NCBI GenBank assembly: GCA_963817255.1
Contig: CAWFNT010000003.1
Coordinates: 66,126 to 130,125 of the forward strand
From: an uncultured Actinomycetes bacterium
GTDB lineage: Bacteria; Actinomycetota; Coriobacteriia; Anaerosomatales; CAVRZR01
Length of the DNA: 64,000 nt
Direction of reading: 5' to 3'
Position 1 is the stretch's first letter, and every line of letters starts with the position of its first letter. Both the position numbers and the translations under genes were made by a program. The notes beneath the pieces are model-generated. The model was given only the letters and a program-made list of their open reading frames with translations, was not told where the DNA came from and searched no databases. Below are positions 26,474-35,610 of the stretch, piece after piece.

Positions 26474-27837
26474 TACTCCCCCGCTTCTTCGGCGCAGAAC
26501 TCCACGAAGGCGTCCATCTGCGAACGTGTGCGACGCTCAGTGACTGCAAGGAGCAGCAGGTCATGGGCATTGCCGAGACCCTCGTCCGGTCGCTCCATAT
26601 AGGAGAGCGCGTAGCCGGCAAGGAAGCCGCGCTCGAGCGCCCGCGACTGCAGCCGCTCGACGTCTCCGCGGTATCGCAGCACGAATTCGTGTGCGAACGG
26701 CGTATCCCACACCGCCTCGAACAGGTCCGTGGCCAGCAGCCGATCTCGCAGGTAGTGAGCCCTGGTGACGCACGACGTGGCGATGTCCGCGAGCCCGCTC
26801 GCGCCGACCGAGGCCAGATAGACGCTTGCCGCCAGCGCCGTCAGCGCGTGGTTCGAGCAGATATTGCTCGTCGCACGCTCGCGGCGGATGTGTTGCTCGC
26901 GCGTCTGCAGCGTCAGCACGAAGCCCGTGCGCCCGTCGACGTCCACCGTTCTGCCGACTACTCGACCCGGCATCTGGCGTGCGTGATTCTCGCGGCAGGT
27001 GAAGTAGCCGAATCCGGGACCGCCGAACGACATGGGCACGCCGAGAGGCTGTCCCTCACCGACCACGATGTCCGCGCCGAACGACCCAGGAGGTTCGAGC
27101 ACGCCAAGGAGAAGCGGGTTCGAGGCCACCACGAGCAGCGCCCCGACGGCGTGCGCGATCTCGGCCAACGCGGCCAGGTCTTCGAGGCACCCGTAGAACG
27201 TGGGATGCGATACGAGCACCGCGGCGGTGCTGTCGTCGACGAGAGCGGCGAGACGTTCGAGATCGGTGCGACCTCGTGCGGTGGGACACTCGGTGGCGTC
27301 GAGCACGCCAGCATCCGCGTAGGTCGCAAGCGTGCTTCTCCACTCAGGATGAACGCCCGCGGATACCACCACCGACGTGCGCCTGGTGACGCGCGCCGCC
27401 ATCAAGGCCGCTTCGGCCAAGGCGGTGGCGCCGTCGTACATCGACGCGTTCGCGATCTCCATCCCCGCGAGCTCGGCCATCATCGTCTGGAACTCGTAGA
27501 TAGCCTGCAGCGTGCCCTGGCTCACTTCGGCCTGGTAGGGCGTGTATGCGGTGAAGAACGCCGGCTTCGAGATCATCGCGTCGACCACCGGCGGCACGTA
27601 GTGGTCGTAGCACCCGGCGCCGAGGAAGCTCACGATGCGGTCGGCGTCGAGATTCCCGGCCGAGAGGGACTTCAGGCGTTCGGCGAGCTCGGGCTCGGCC
27701 ATCGCAGGCGGCAACGCGAGCGAGCGGTTGAGCCGAGCGGCCTCGGGGATGTCGTCGAAGAGCTCGTCAACGCTTCCAGCCCCGACAGCGCGAAGCATCG
27801 CTTCGCGTTGCTCGCACGAGACAGGAATGAAGCGCAT
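26473..27837 (-). CDS. gcvPA: Glycine dehydrogenase (decarboxylating), subunit 1
   Basis: 454 aa with the typical motifs FLGAGCYDHYVP and YTPYQAEVSQGTLQ. Confidence 0.92.
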   Translation of the reverse strand: MRFIPVSCEQREAMLRAVGAGSVDELFDDIPEAARLNRSLALPPAMAEPELAERLKSLSAGNLDADRIVSFLGAGCYDHYVPPVVDAMISKPAFFTAYTPYQAEVSQGTLQAIYEFQTMMAELAGMEIANASMYDGATALAEAALMAARVTRRTSVVVSAGVHPEWRSTLATYADAGVLDATECPTARGRTDLERLAALVDDSTAAVLVSHPTFYGCLEDLAALAEIAHAVGALLVVASNPLLLGVLEPPGSFGADIVVGEGQPLGVPMSFGGPGFGYFTCRENHARQMPGRVVGRTVDVDGRTGFVLTLQTREQHIRRERATSNICSNHALTALAASVYLASVGASGLADIATSCVTRAHYLRDRLLATDLFEAVWDTPFAHEFVLRYRGDVERLQSRALERGFLAGYALSYMERPDEGLGNAHDLLLLAVTERRTRSQMDAFVEFCAEEAGE

Positions 27838-27843
27838 GGACGC

Positions 27844-28230
27844 CTAAGCGCCTTCGGAGATGAACGCCTCGTACTCCTCGGCAGACAGCAACGCGTCCAG
27901 CTCTGCGGGATTGTCGATGCTCACCTTGATCATCCAGCCCGCGCCGTAGGGATCCGAGTTGACGATCTCCGACTCGTCGGCGAGCGCCTCGTTGAGCGCG
28001 CTCACCTCTCCGGTCAGAGGGCTGTAGAGTTCCGAGACGGACTTGACCGACTCGATCTCACCGAACGTCTCACCCACGGCGACAGCGTCACCGGCATCGA
28101 CCTGCAGCTCGAGGTATACGACGTCGCCGAGCTGGTCTTGCGCGAAGTCGGTGATGCCAACGATGGCGGTGTCACCTTCCACCCGAACCCACTCGTGCTC
28201 CTTGGAGTACTTGAGATCGCTCGGATACAT
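27844..28230 (-). CDS. gcvH: Glycine cleavage system H protein
   Basis: Trimmed to MYPSDLKYSKEHEWV. The lipoyl-lysine motif ESVKSVSELYSP is present. Confidence 0.93.
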   Translation of the reverse strand: MYPSDLKYSKEHEWVRVEGDTAIVGITDFAQDQLGDVVYLELQVDAGDAVAVGETFGEIESVKSVSELYSPLTGEVSALNEALADESEIVNSDPYGAGWMIKVSIDNPAELDALLSAEEYEAFISEGA

Positions 28231-28270
28231 GCGGTGAAGCTCCTTTCGGTCGCTATCGATGCGCGCCACC

Positions 28271-29458
28271 TCAACGCGTCAGGGACGTGCTCTGCACGAA
28301 GGGCATCTTCTCCACGACCGCGCTTACGGCCTTGCGCCGCACCTGAACCTCGAGGCGCGTGCCGACCGCGGCGAGTTCGCTCGGCACGTATGCCGTCGCG
28401 ATTCCTGTCCCGAGGCTCGGAGAGAAGCTCCCGGATGCCACCTTACCGACCTCGTTCCCCTCGTGCAACACGGCAAAACCGCTGCGCGCTATGCCTTCGG
28501 CGAGGACGAGTCCGACGAGTCTCCTTCGGGGTCCTTGCTCGCGGATCTTCGCGATGGCCTCGCGGCCGACGAACTCGCTCTTGTCACCGGACACGACCCA
28601 ACCGAGTCCAGCGGAGATCGGATCGACGCCCCGGTCCATGTCGGTGCCGTGGAGGCGATAGCCCATCTCCAGGCGGAGCGTGTCCCGCGCCCCAAGCCCC
28701 GCGGGCGTGACCTGTTCGAAACTCAGGATCGCGCGCCACAGAGCGACGGCCTGAGAAGCGTGGCAGATCAACTCAACGCCGTCCTCCCCCGTGTACCCGG
28801 TCCGCGCCACGAGCACGGGTACCGAGCCGATGCGGGCCTCGGCGATATGGAAGCGTGGCGGAACGTCCACGGCTGCCCCGTCACCCGCGAGTTCCTCGAA
28901 GACGCCGAGAGCGGCGGGGCCCTGCAGGGCGATGAGAGCCGTGCGATCCGATTCGTCTGCGAGTTCCACGAGTCCCTGGGCGGGCGTCACGCCCTCGCTG
29001 CCGCCCACGATGCGCAGGCCTTCAGGGCAGTGTCGCTCGAGCCAGTCCAAGTCGGTCGTGCGGTTCGCGGCGTTGGCGATGACGAGGTACTCCAAATCGC
29101 CCGAGTGGTACACGAAGAGGTCGTCGATGATGCCGCCGTCCTCGTCGCACATGAGGGTGTACTGCGCCGACCCAAGATCGGCGATACGTCGCAGGTCGTT
29201 CGTGAGCAGCGACTGCAGGAAGTCGAAGGCGCCGAAGCCGAAGACGCGGAACGTTGCCATGTGCGAGATGTCGAACACCCCGGCCGAGGAGCGGACCGCG
29301 CGGTGCTCCTCGAGGATGCCGCCGTACTGGATGGGCATCTCGTACCCGGCAAATGGCACCATTCGAGCGCCCAGTGCGAGATGCTCCTCATACAGCGGCG
29401 TTCTTCTCAGCAATTCGGCCACGTCAGGCCTCCCGTTCCGCGGTGTTCGTGCCGTCAT
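28271..29458 (-). CDS. gcvT: Glycine cleavage system aminomethyltransferase T
   Basis: The protein shows RRTPLYEEHLALGARMVPFAGYEMPIQY. The start is taken at the ATG at 29458; the ORF is open to 29545. Confidence 0.9.
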   Translation of the reverse strand: MTARTPRNGRPDVAELLRRTPLYEEHLALGARMVPFAGYEMPIQYGGILEEHRAVRSSAGVFDISHMATFRVFGFGAFDFLQSLLTNDLRRIADLGSAQYTLMCDEDGGIIDDLFVYHSGDLEYLVIANAANRTTDLDWLERHCPEGLRIVGGSEGVTPAQGLVELADESDRTALIALQGPAALGVFEELAGDGAAVDVPPRFHIAEARIGSVPVLVARTGYTGEDGVELICHASQAVALWRAILSFEQVTPAGLGARDTLRLEMGYRLHGTDMDRGVDPISAGLGWVVSGDKSEFVGREAIAKIREQGPRRRLVGLVLAEGIARSGFAVLHEGNEVGKVASGSFSPSLGTGIATAYVPSELAAVGTRLEVQVRRKAVSAVVEKMPFVQSTSLTR

Positions 29459-29523
29459 ATACCCGAATAGCGCCGTGTGTCCGGCGGCGGACCCGGCGTC
29501 GCCTTCAATTCCGGTCGAGATCC

Positions 29524-30723
29524 TCAGCCGAAGATGCTCCGCCACCAGCGTCCGACGTCGATGCGGATGCGTTCGAAGAACCCGGGGGCTTCGACAGAGG
29601 CGCCGGCGACGAGCGGAACGGTCGCCACCATGCGTCCGCCCTGCGTGAACACGAGCACGCCGAGTGTCTCGTCCCGACTGACCGGCGCCTCGATCCGCGA
29701 GTTGTAGCGTGCCGTCGCTTCGACCGGGCCGTCGACCGTGAATACCGGTGCGGTCGCGGCCTGCGACGCGACGACGGGCACGGAGCGGTCGTCAAAGTCC
29801 GTCACTCGCGCGCGACCGACAACGGTTCCGGTGGCTATGAGACTCCGGCTGCGGTAGCGCGCAAAGCCCCAGTCGAGAAGGGCCGCTGCCGTGTCGAAGC
29901 GCTCTCGTTCCGAGTGGGCGCCGAGGACGACGGCGATCAGCTCCTCGCGGCCACGACGCGCCGAGGCGATGACGTTGTATCCCGCATCGCTCGTCCAACC
30001 GGTCTTGATGCCGTTGGCGCCGCGGTAAGTACCGAGCAGCTTGTTGGTCGTCTCGAGAGTGTGCCGGTCCGCTCCTTGGCCGATGACCGCCGTGCGCTTC
30101 CTGACGATCTCGCGAATGGCCCGGTAGGTCATGGCGTACCTCGCGAGCGTGGCGAGATCGGCTGCCGTGCTGTAGTGCCCGGGCTCGTCGAGCCCGTAGG
30201 AGTTGGCGAACTTCGTATCGTTGAGACCGAGCTCGGCGGCCTTCTGATTCATCATGCTCACGAAAGCGTTCTCGTTCTTCGACGTCCGAAGAGCCAGAGC
30301 GAGCGCCGCCTCGTTGCCCGACTTGACCAGCGCGGCGTCGAGCGCCTCACGAACGGTGAGCGTTTCTCCCGCGCGAAGCCCGGCTTCCGACTCCCCTATT
30401 TCCATCGCGCTCGACGGAACCCTGAGCGTGTCATCGAGGGAGAGCCGGTCGAGCACTACGATCGCGGTCATGAGCTTGGTCACGCTCGCGATCGCTCGCC
30501 TATCGGAGGCGTCGCGCGACCATAGAACGCGCCCATCTGAGGTCACGAGCGCGCCCGCCGGGATGTTGACGTCTGGCGCCAGCTGGGCGAGGCTGCCAGT
30601 GCCGACCTTTCTTTCCGAGACGACGTCGGCCGGGAGCACCTCCGCCCGTGCGGGAAGCGGCGTGCATATAGCCGCACTCGCAAGGAGGCAAGCGACGAGT
30701 GTGCGAGCCACAAAATGCTTCAT
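29524..30723 (-). CDS. D-alanyl-D-alanine carboxypeptidase (S11, PBP5-type)
   Basis: Signal peptide MKHFVARTLVACLLASA..., plus SxxK (SVTKLM), SxN (SGNEAA) and KTG (KTGWT) motifs. Confidence 0.88.
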   Translation of the reverse strand: MKHFVARTLVACLLASAAICTPLPARAEVLPADVVSERKVGTGSLAQLAPDVNIPAGALVTSDGRVLWSRDASDRRAIASVTKLMTAIVVLDRLSLDDTLRVPSSAMEIGESEAGLRAGETLTVREALDAALVKSGNEAALALALRTSKNENAFVSMMNQKAAELGLNDTKFANSYGLDEPGHYSTAADLATLARYAMTYRAIREIVRKRTAVIGQGADRHTLETTNKLLGTYRGANGIKTGWTSDAGYNVIASARRGREELIAVVLGAHSERERFDTAAALLDWGFARYRSRSLIATGTVVGRARVTDFDDRSVPVVASQAATAPVFTVDGPVEATARYNSRIEAPVSRDETLGVLVFTQGGRMVATVPLVAGASVEAPGFFERIRIDVGRWWRSIFG

Positions 30724-30909
30724 TCGTCGCCGCACGATGCCGATGAACCGACTGGAGGCTCGGATGCGACGCTCGGCCCGCGATCTCTCCTCGTGCGGCC
30801 GGCACGATCCGAACGATGTGGTGTCTGGAGTAAGGCTGGTCATGGTCACGGCCATGATAGCGGGTGGGCAACCTGGCCGCGGGCGCGGCCCGAACATGGT
30901 GGGGAGCAG

Positions 30910-31722
30910 ATGAAATACGCGACCTTTGAACGCCTGGTGCTGGTACTCGGCGGAGCATCGGTTCTCGCAACCTTAGCTCTCGCATCCCGCACGCCGCTGC
31001 TCAGGCAGGAAGTCATCGCTCAGCTCCTGGTCTTCTTCGTGCTCTTCGGGGCCGTGCACTGGGGTCGACGCGGCGGGTTCGCGACGGCAGTCATCGCCTC
31101 GGTCACCTATGTGGCCTTGTGGATCCCGGAACTCGAGCCGGGCATGTGGACCACGCAGATCCTCGGTCTAATCCTCCTGCGCGTGGTCGCATACGGACTC
31201 ATAGGCATCGTGGGCGGCGCTCTCTGTTCGAGGATGAAGTACGTGCTCGCGAGCTTGGAGCAGGCGTCGGGAGTCGACGACGTCAGCGGCGTCTACTCCG
31301 AACAGATGTTGGCGAGACTCCTCGACGGAGCCATGGGTCGCTTCGAGCGCTACCAGGAACCGTTCTGCGTCGTGGTCCTCGAGCCGAAGGTCGAATCGCT
31401 GCGCGCGCCCTCAACCAACCGCGAGCGTGCCTTGGTGCGCCACATCGCCGGGCACATCCGGGGCGACATCCGCATGGTGGACGAGGCGGCCCGTACGTCC
31501 GACGGGCGTCTCGTGGTGCTCCTGCCGCACACGCCCAAGGAAGGCGGCATCGTCGTCCTCGACCGGCTGACGAAGGGCGTCAACAGACTGGCCGGAGATG
31601 TGGGCCAGCAGGACGCCTTCACGCTCCGCTGCCTGGGCGCTGCCGAGGACGGAGAGTCGATCGCGACGATTCGCGGCGGTCTTCAGCTTCCGTCCGAAGT
31701 GCCGGCGTTGTCTCCGGCGTAG
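30910..31722 (+). CDS. Membrane protein with a degenerate GGDEF-like domain
   Basis: ATG at 30910 follows GGGGAG. There are about four TM segments, then a GGDEF-fold-like region in which the GGDEF position reads SDGRL (ARTSDGRLVVLLPHT). Confidence 0.6.
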   Translation: MKYATFERLVLVLGGASVLATLALASRTPLLRQEVIAQLLVFFVLFGAVHWGRRGGFATAVIASVTYVALWIPELEPGMWTTQILGLILLRVVAYGLIGIVGGALCSRMKYVLASLEQASGVDDVSGVYSEQMLARLLDGAMGRFERYQEPFCVVVLEPKVESLRAPSTNRERALVRHIAGHIRGDIRMVDEAARTSDGRLVVLLPHTPKEGGIVVLDRLTKGVNRLAGDVGQQDAFTLRCLGAAEDGESIATIRGGLQLPSEVPALSPA

Positions 31723-32135
31723 AGGTCGTTCGGTTCGAGCACGCGGTAGCCTCTGGCGCGCAGCACCTCGGCCGCACCCGCGTCGTCGACCTTGAACACG
31801 TCCACCGCGGCCTTGCCAGAGGGCTCCACGAAACAGTAGGCGTACTCGACGTTCATCGAGCGGGCGCCCAAGGCGTCGAGGACGTCGGCCAGCCCGCCCG
31901 GGACGTCAGGGATCTCGACGGCGACCACGGGGGTCGCGGAGACGCCGAATCCGTTCGTCTCGAGTGCCTCGCGCGCCTTCCCAGGATGGTCGCAGATGAT
32001 CCGGACGACGCCGAACTCCTCGGTATCCGCGACCATCAGCGCCCGCATGTTGATGCCGGCGTCGCCGAGTGCGCGGCAGAGTTCCGCCAGGCGGCCGGTC
32101 TTGTTCTCCAAGAAGACGGACAACTGCTCGATCAC
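31683..32135 (-). CDS. Stand-alone tandem-ACT-domain protein (paralog of 13912-14328)
   Basis: MIEQLSVFLENKTGRLAELCRALGDAGINMRAL... It lies directly downstream of paaK. Confidence 0.8.
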   Translation of the reverse strand: MIEQLSVFLENKTGRLAELCRALGDAGINMRALMVADTEEFGVVRIICDHPGKAREALETNGFGVSATPVVAVEIPDVPGGLADVLDALGARSMNVEYAYCFVEPSGKAAVDVFKVDDAGAAEVLRARGYRVLEPNDLYAGDNAGTSDGS

Positions 32136-32136
32136 G

Positions 32137-33444
32137 TCACACCCCTCCCTGCTCGGCCCGAAGATCCAAGACGCGCTTCGCCTTGCCCTCGCTGCGAGCG
32201 ATGGACTTCGGCTCCACGAGCTTCACGTCGATGGATACGGCGAGTGCCGACTGTATATCTGTCTTCACGCGCTTCTGAAGACGCTCGAGTTCGCGCACCT
32301 CGTCGAACGCGATGTCCGGCGAAACCTCGACGTGGACTTCCACATGGTCGAGCGACCCGCGCTTCGTGAGCACGACCTGATAGTGAGGCGCAACACCGGG
32401 GACGCCGGCGAGAACCTGCTCGATCTGGCTCGGGAAGACGTTCACTCCGCGAATGATCAACATGTCGTCGGTCCGTCCCGTGACGCGTTCCATCTTGCGG
32501 AACGTCCTTCCGCACGGACACTGCTCTGGGATGATCCGCGAAAGGTCGCGCGTGCGGTATCGCACGACCGGGATGCCTTCCTTCGTGAGCGTGGTGAAGA
32601 CGACCTCGCCCATCTCTCCGTCAGGAACGGGCTCGAAGGTCTCAGGGTCAAGGATCTCGAGCAGGAAGTGGTCCTCGAAGACGTGCAGGCCGTTCTGGTG
32701 GACGCACTCGGACGCGACGCCCGGGCCCATGACTTCCGACAGGCCGTAGATGTCGATCGCCGTAAGACCCATCGCGTGCTCGATCTGCTTTCGCATGTTC
32801 TCCGACCAGGGCTCGGCTCCGAACACTCCGACCCTGAGCGGCAGGTCCCGCACGTCGATGCCCATGTCTGCCGCGGTCTCGGCGATGAGCAACGCGTAAC
32901 TGGGCGTACACGCCAGCACCGTCACGCCGAAGTCCTTCAGGATCTGCACCTGGCGTTTGGTATTGCCGCCGGAGACCGGGATCGTCAGCGCACCGAGGCG
33001 CTCGGATCCGTAATGCGCGCCCAGGCCTCCCGTGAACAGGCCGTACCCGTACGTGACCTGTACGACGTCGTCGGGCGTCGCGCCGGCGCATGCGTACGTT
33101 CGCGCCATGAGATCGGACCAGGTGTCGATGTCCCCGCGCGTGTAGCCGACGACGGTGACCTGTCCCGTCGTGCCCGAAGAGGAGTGCACCCGGACGATGT
33201 CGCGCAGCGGCGCCGCGAACATGCCGTAAGGGTATGCGGCGCGCAGGTCATCCTTGACGGTGAACGGCACGCGAGCGACGTCGTCGAGCGACGAGAGCGA
33301 CGAGGGCACGAAGCCGGCCTCGTCGAACTTCGTCTTGTACATCGGCACGCGCTCGTAGACGCGCTGCACGAGACCCTTCATGCGCTCGAGCTGCACTGCC
33401 TCAAGCTCGGCACGAGGCATCGATTCGAGTTCCGGCTGAAACAC
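32137..33444 (-). CDS. paaK: Phenylacetate-CoA ligase family protein (intact)
   Basis: 435 aa with motifs SSGTTGQVTVVGYT and YGLSE, and a C-terminal PaaK-type domain. Confidence 0.88.
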   Translation of the reverse strand: MFQPELESMPRAELEAVQLERMKGLVQRVYERVPMYKTKFDEAGFVPSSLSSLDDVARVPFTVKDDLRAAYPYGMFAAPLRDIVRVHSSSGTTGQVTVVGYTRGDIDTWSDLMARTYACAGATPDDVVQVTYGYGLFTGGLGAHYGSERLGALTIPVSGGNTKRQVQILKDFGVTVLACTPSYALLIAETAADMGIDVRDLPLRVGVFGAEPWSENMRKQIEHAMGLTAIDIYGLSEVMGPGVASECVHQNGLHVFEDHFLLEILDPETFEPVPDGEMGEVVFTTLTKEGIPVVRYRTRDLSRIIPEQCPCGRTFRKMERVTGRTDDMLIIRGVNVFPSQIEQVLAGVPGVAPHYQVVLTKRGSLDHVEVHVEVSPDIAFDEVRELERLQKRVKTDIQSALAVSIDVKLVEPKSIARSEGKAKRVLDLRAEQGGV

Positions 33445-33475
33445 GTGCCCCCCTCTCCCCTCGGCGCCGCCGACG

Positions 33476-35394
33476 CTATGGCGCGGGCGACACTGACGTG
33501 GTCGTCACCTTCGAGGGTACCGGCTTCGTACCGACCCTCACGACCTCGGTCTTCGGACGGTACACGGAACGGAACGAGTCCGTCCGAACGACTTGACCGT
33601 CTTTCTTGACGATACGCTTCACGGTACAGCTTCGCCCGGTGACGCCTCCATCCTCCACGACGCGTGCGCCTTGGGGAAGCGTCGGGTCCTTCGTCTCCTC
33701 CGTGCCAAAGGGCTTCTCGTTCTCCCAGGAGCCCGTCTGTGCCGAGACCTCGTATCCGGAGTCCGTTCCGTACAGGGCGATCGTCAGCGACGAATCGGAG
33801 TACGCGGTCACCAGGAGAACCCAGTGACCGGTATCGTTCTTGAACTTGAAGTCCGGTCCACCCCAGGACACGGTCGCGTCCCGACCCTTGGGATAGTGCG
33901 AGATATAGAAGGAGTGGTTGTGGCGTTCGACAACCGGTAGCCCCGACTCGAAGATCGTGTTGAAGAGCGTGGTGCCGACCTGGCAGATGCCGCCGCCGAG
34001 CTGAGGCACGAGCTTGCCGTCGACGATGGCCGGAGCCTCCTGGTAGCCCTTCTCCGCGGTGCGCGGTCCCACCGTGCCGTTGAACGAGAACGTCCCCCCG
34101 GGCGGCACGAGCGTCCCATCGATGGCGTCGGCGAGAGTATGGATGTTGGATACGCGCGGCCTGTTGCCCGCCGAGTAGGTCGTTGTGTAGCGCGATAAGC
34201 GCTCCTTGATGCCCATCGTCTGGGCCTTCGAGGTCGTGATCTTCGGTGAGACGCGGCTCGTGCGCAGAACGACGCTCCTCGTGCTCTCGGGCTCTGTGAG
34301 GACCGCTGTGAGCTCACGTGCGAGTCGTTCCATGTCCGGACCGATGCCGTCAAGAGAAGGAACGATGGTGACATCGCCACCCGAGACCTTGAATTCGGCG
34401 TTCCTTGCGGGTCTTCCAACCGCGCCGATCGTCGGCAAGATATGCTTGCGCGCCTTCGCGGGGTCTACGTACGCGACAAGCGCCGCTCTCGGGGTCCCGC
34501 CAGCCCCGTCGGAGGTCTCCTCCCTGGCCGACGCCGATGTCGCCGACGTCTGCTCCGCTTGCTGCGAGACACCCGTCGCCGAGACTTCGTCGCTTCGTCC
34601 GAATGAGATCCAGGTGGAGATGTCGGCCGGCGTGAACTCCCACCGAGACGTGTCGTGCGCGACCTCGACGTTCGAGGACAGCATCTCCCGGGCGTCGTCT
34701 GCGGCAGCGTTCGCCGCCGCGTCGTTCACCTCGGGCTCGTCGGTGATCACCGGCACCTCGATCGTCCGGTCGGCTCGAGCGAACGCGCTCATCAGGAGCG
34801 TCCGTGCAGCGTCTCGGTCGACCGCCCGCCCCGCCGACGAGGGCCGGACACTCACTGTCACGCCGTCGACGACGACGCGTGGCGTCCTTGGCGGGGACGT
34901 CCACCTTCCGGGCGAAGGTCGAGATCACGGCAGCGACCCGCTCGGCATTCGCCGTGGGCTGGGCCGGGAGGTCGGTGCGCACCACGAGCGCCCGGAGACG
35001 TTCGGCGACATCTTGCAGGATGTTCCCGGAGCGGCCGTACGCGTACGCCTCTTCGGCCAACGCCACAGTGTCGTATGACAGGACCACTTCGGTCGCGGTC
35101 ACCGAGGCGGTCTTCCCGCTCGCACTCAGGAGCACAGGCTTGGCAGCTCGAAGCGCCAGCTCGCGGTCGAGGTACGTCGCGGCCTCGGCCAGGCGCTTCC
35201 CACCAAGTGACACGCCGCCCACACTCACGCCACGATGCACTCGTCCGGAGCTCACCGTGACATCCACGCTGACCAGCGACTGCGACGAGCAACACGGCGA
35301 CGATAGCGGTCAGCGCAGCCCGCATGCGCCAACGAGAGCGCGCCAGCGCGCGCTCTCGGGCACGACTACGACCGTTTGTCGTGTCTGGATTCAA
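33476..35394 (-). pseudogene. VanW + G5 domain membrane protein with two apparent +1 frameshifts (near 35268 and near 34877)
   Basis: Three consecutive frames carry (i) MNPDTT...TM helix, (ii) VDVTVSSGRVH...VDVPAKDAT, and (iii) VVVDGVTVSVRPSS...VanW core (GGGICQVGTTLFN) plus a G5-like C-terminus. Confidence 0.8.
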
Positions 35395-35610
35395 CCCTGC
35401 TCCTGTCGGATATCAACTGCTCCCGTGACGGGCGCGGCACTAAGCGCCCCGCAAGCCCTCGCGAGAGTAGAAACAAGTCCCGTGCCGCGCGCTCGGGCAG
35501 GTGGACCCGAACGTGCGCGAGAGGCGATCCCGCTACGTAACGGCACGAATGGTCAGTATAGCGAGGCCGAGGACACGCACGGCCTGCCCGGGTCAGCGTT
35601 TGCACAGCCG

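Noticed and set aside
26563-28710. 715-aa plus-strand ORF, the longest on this strand in the region
   Set aside because: It runs antisense to gcvPA, gcvH and gcvT, which have clear conserved motifs. Its translation is Arg/Gly/Asp/His-rich low-complexity sequence, typical of a shadow ORF in high-GC DNA.
29459-29560. Expected glycine riboswitch upstream of gcvT
   Set aside because: Only ~65 nt separate gcvT from the preceding gene. On the minus strand I could not find the conserved GGAGAG...CACCGAAGGGGCAA / CTCTGGAGAG cores. An Infernal scan would be decisive.
31683-31722. 40-nt convergent overlap between the degenerate-GGDEF gene and the ACT gene as a regulatory antisense feature
   Set aside because: Both tails are low-complexity, so the overlap may simply reflect relaxed 3' ends. 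There is no supporting structure or motif.
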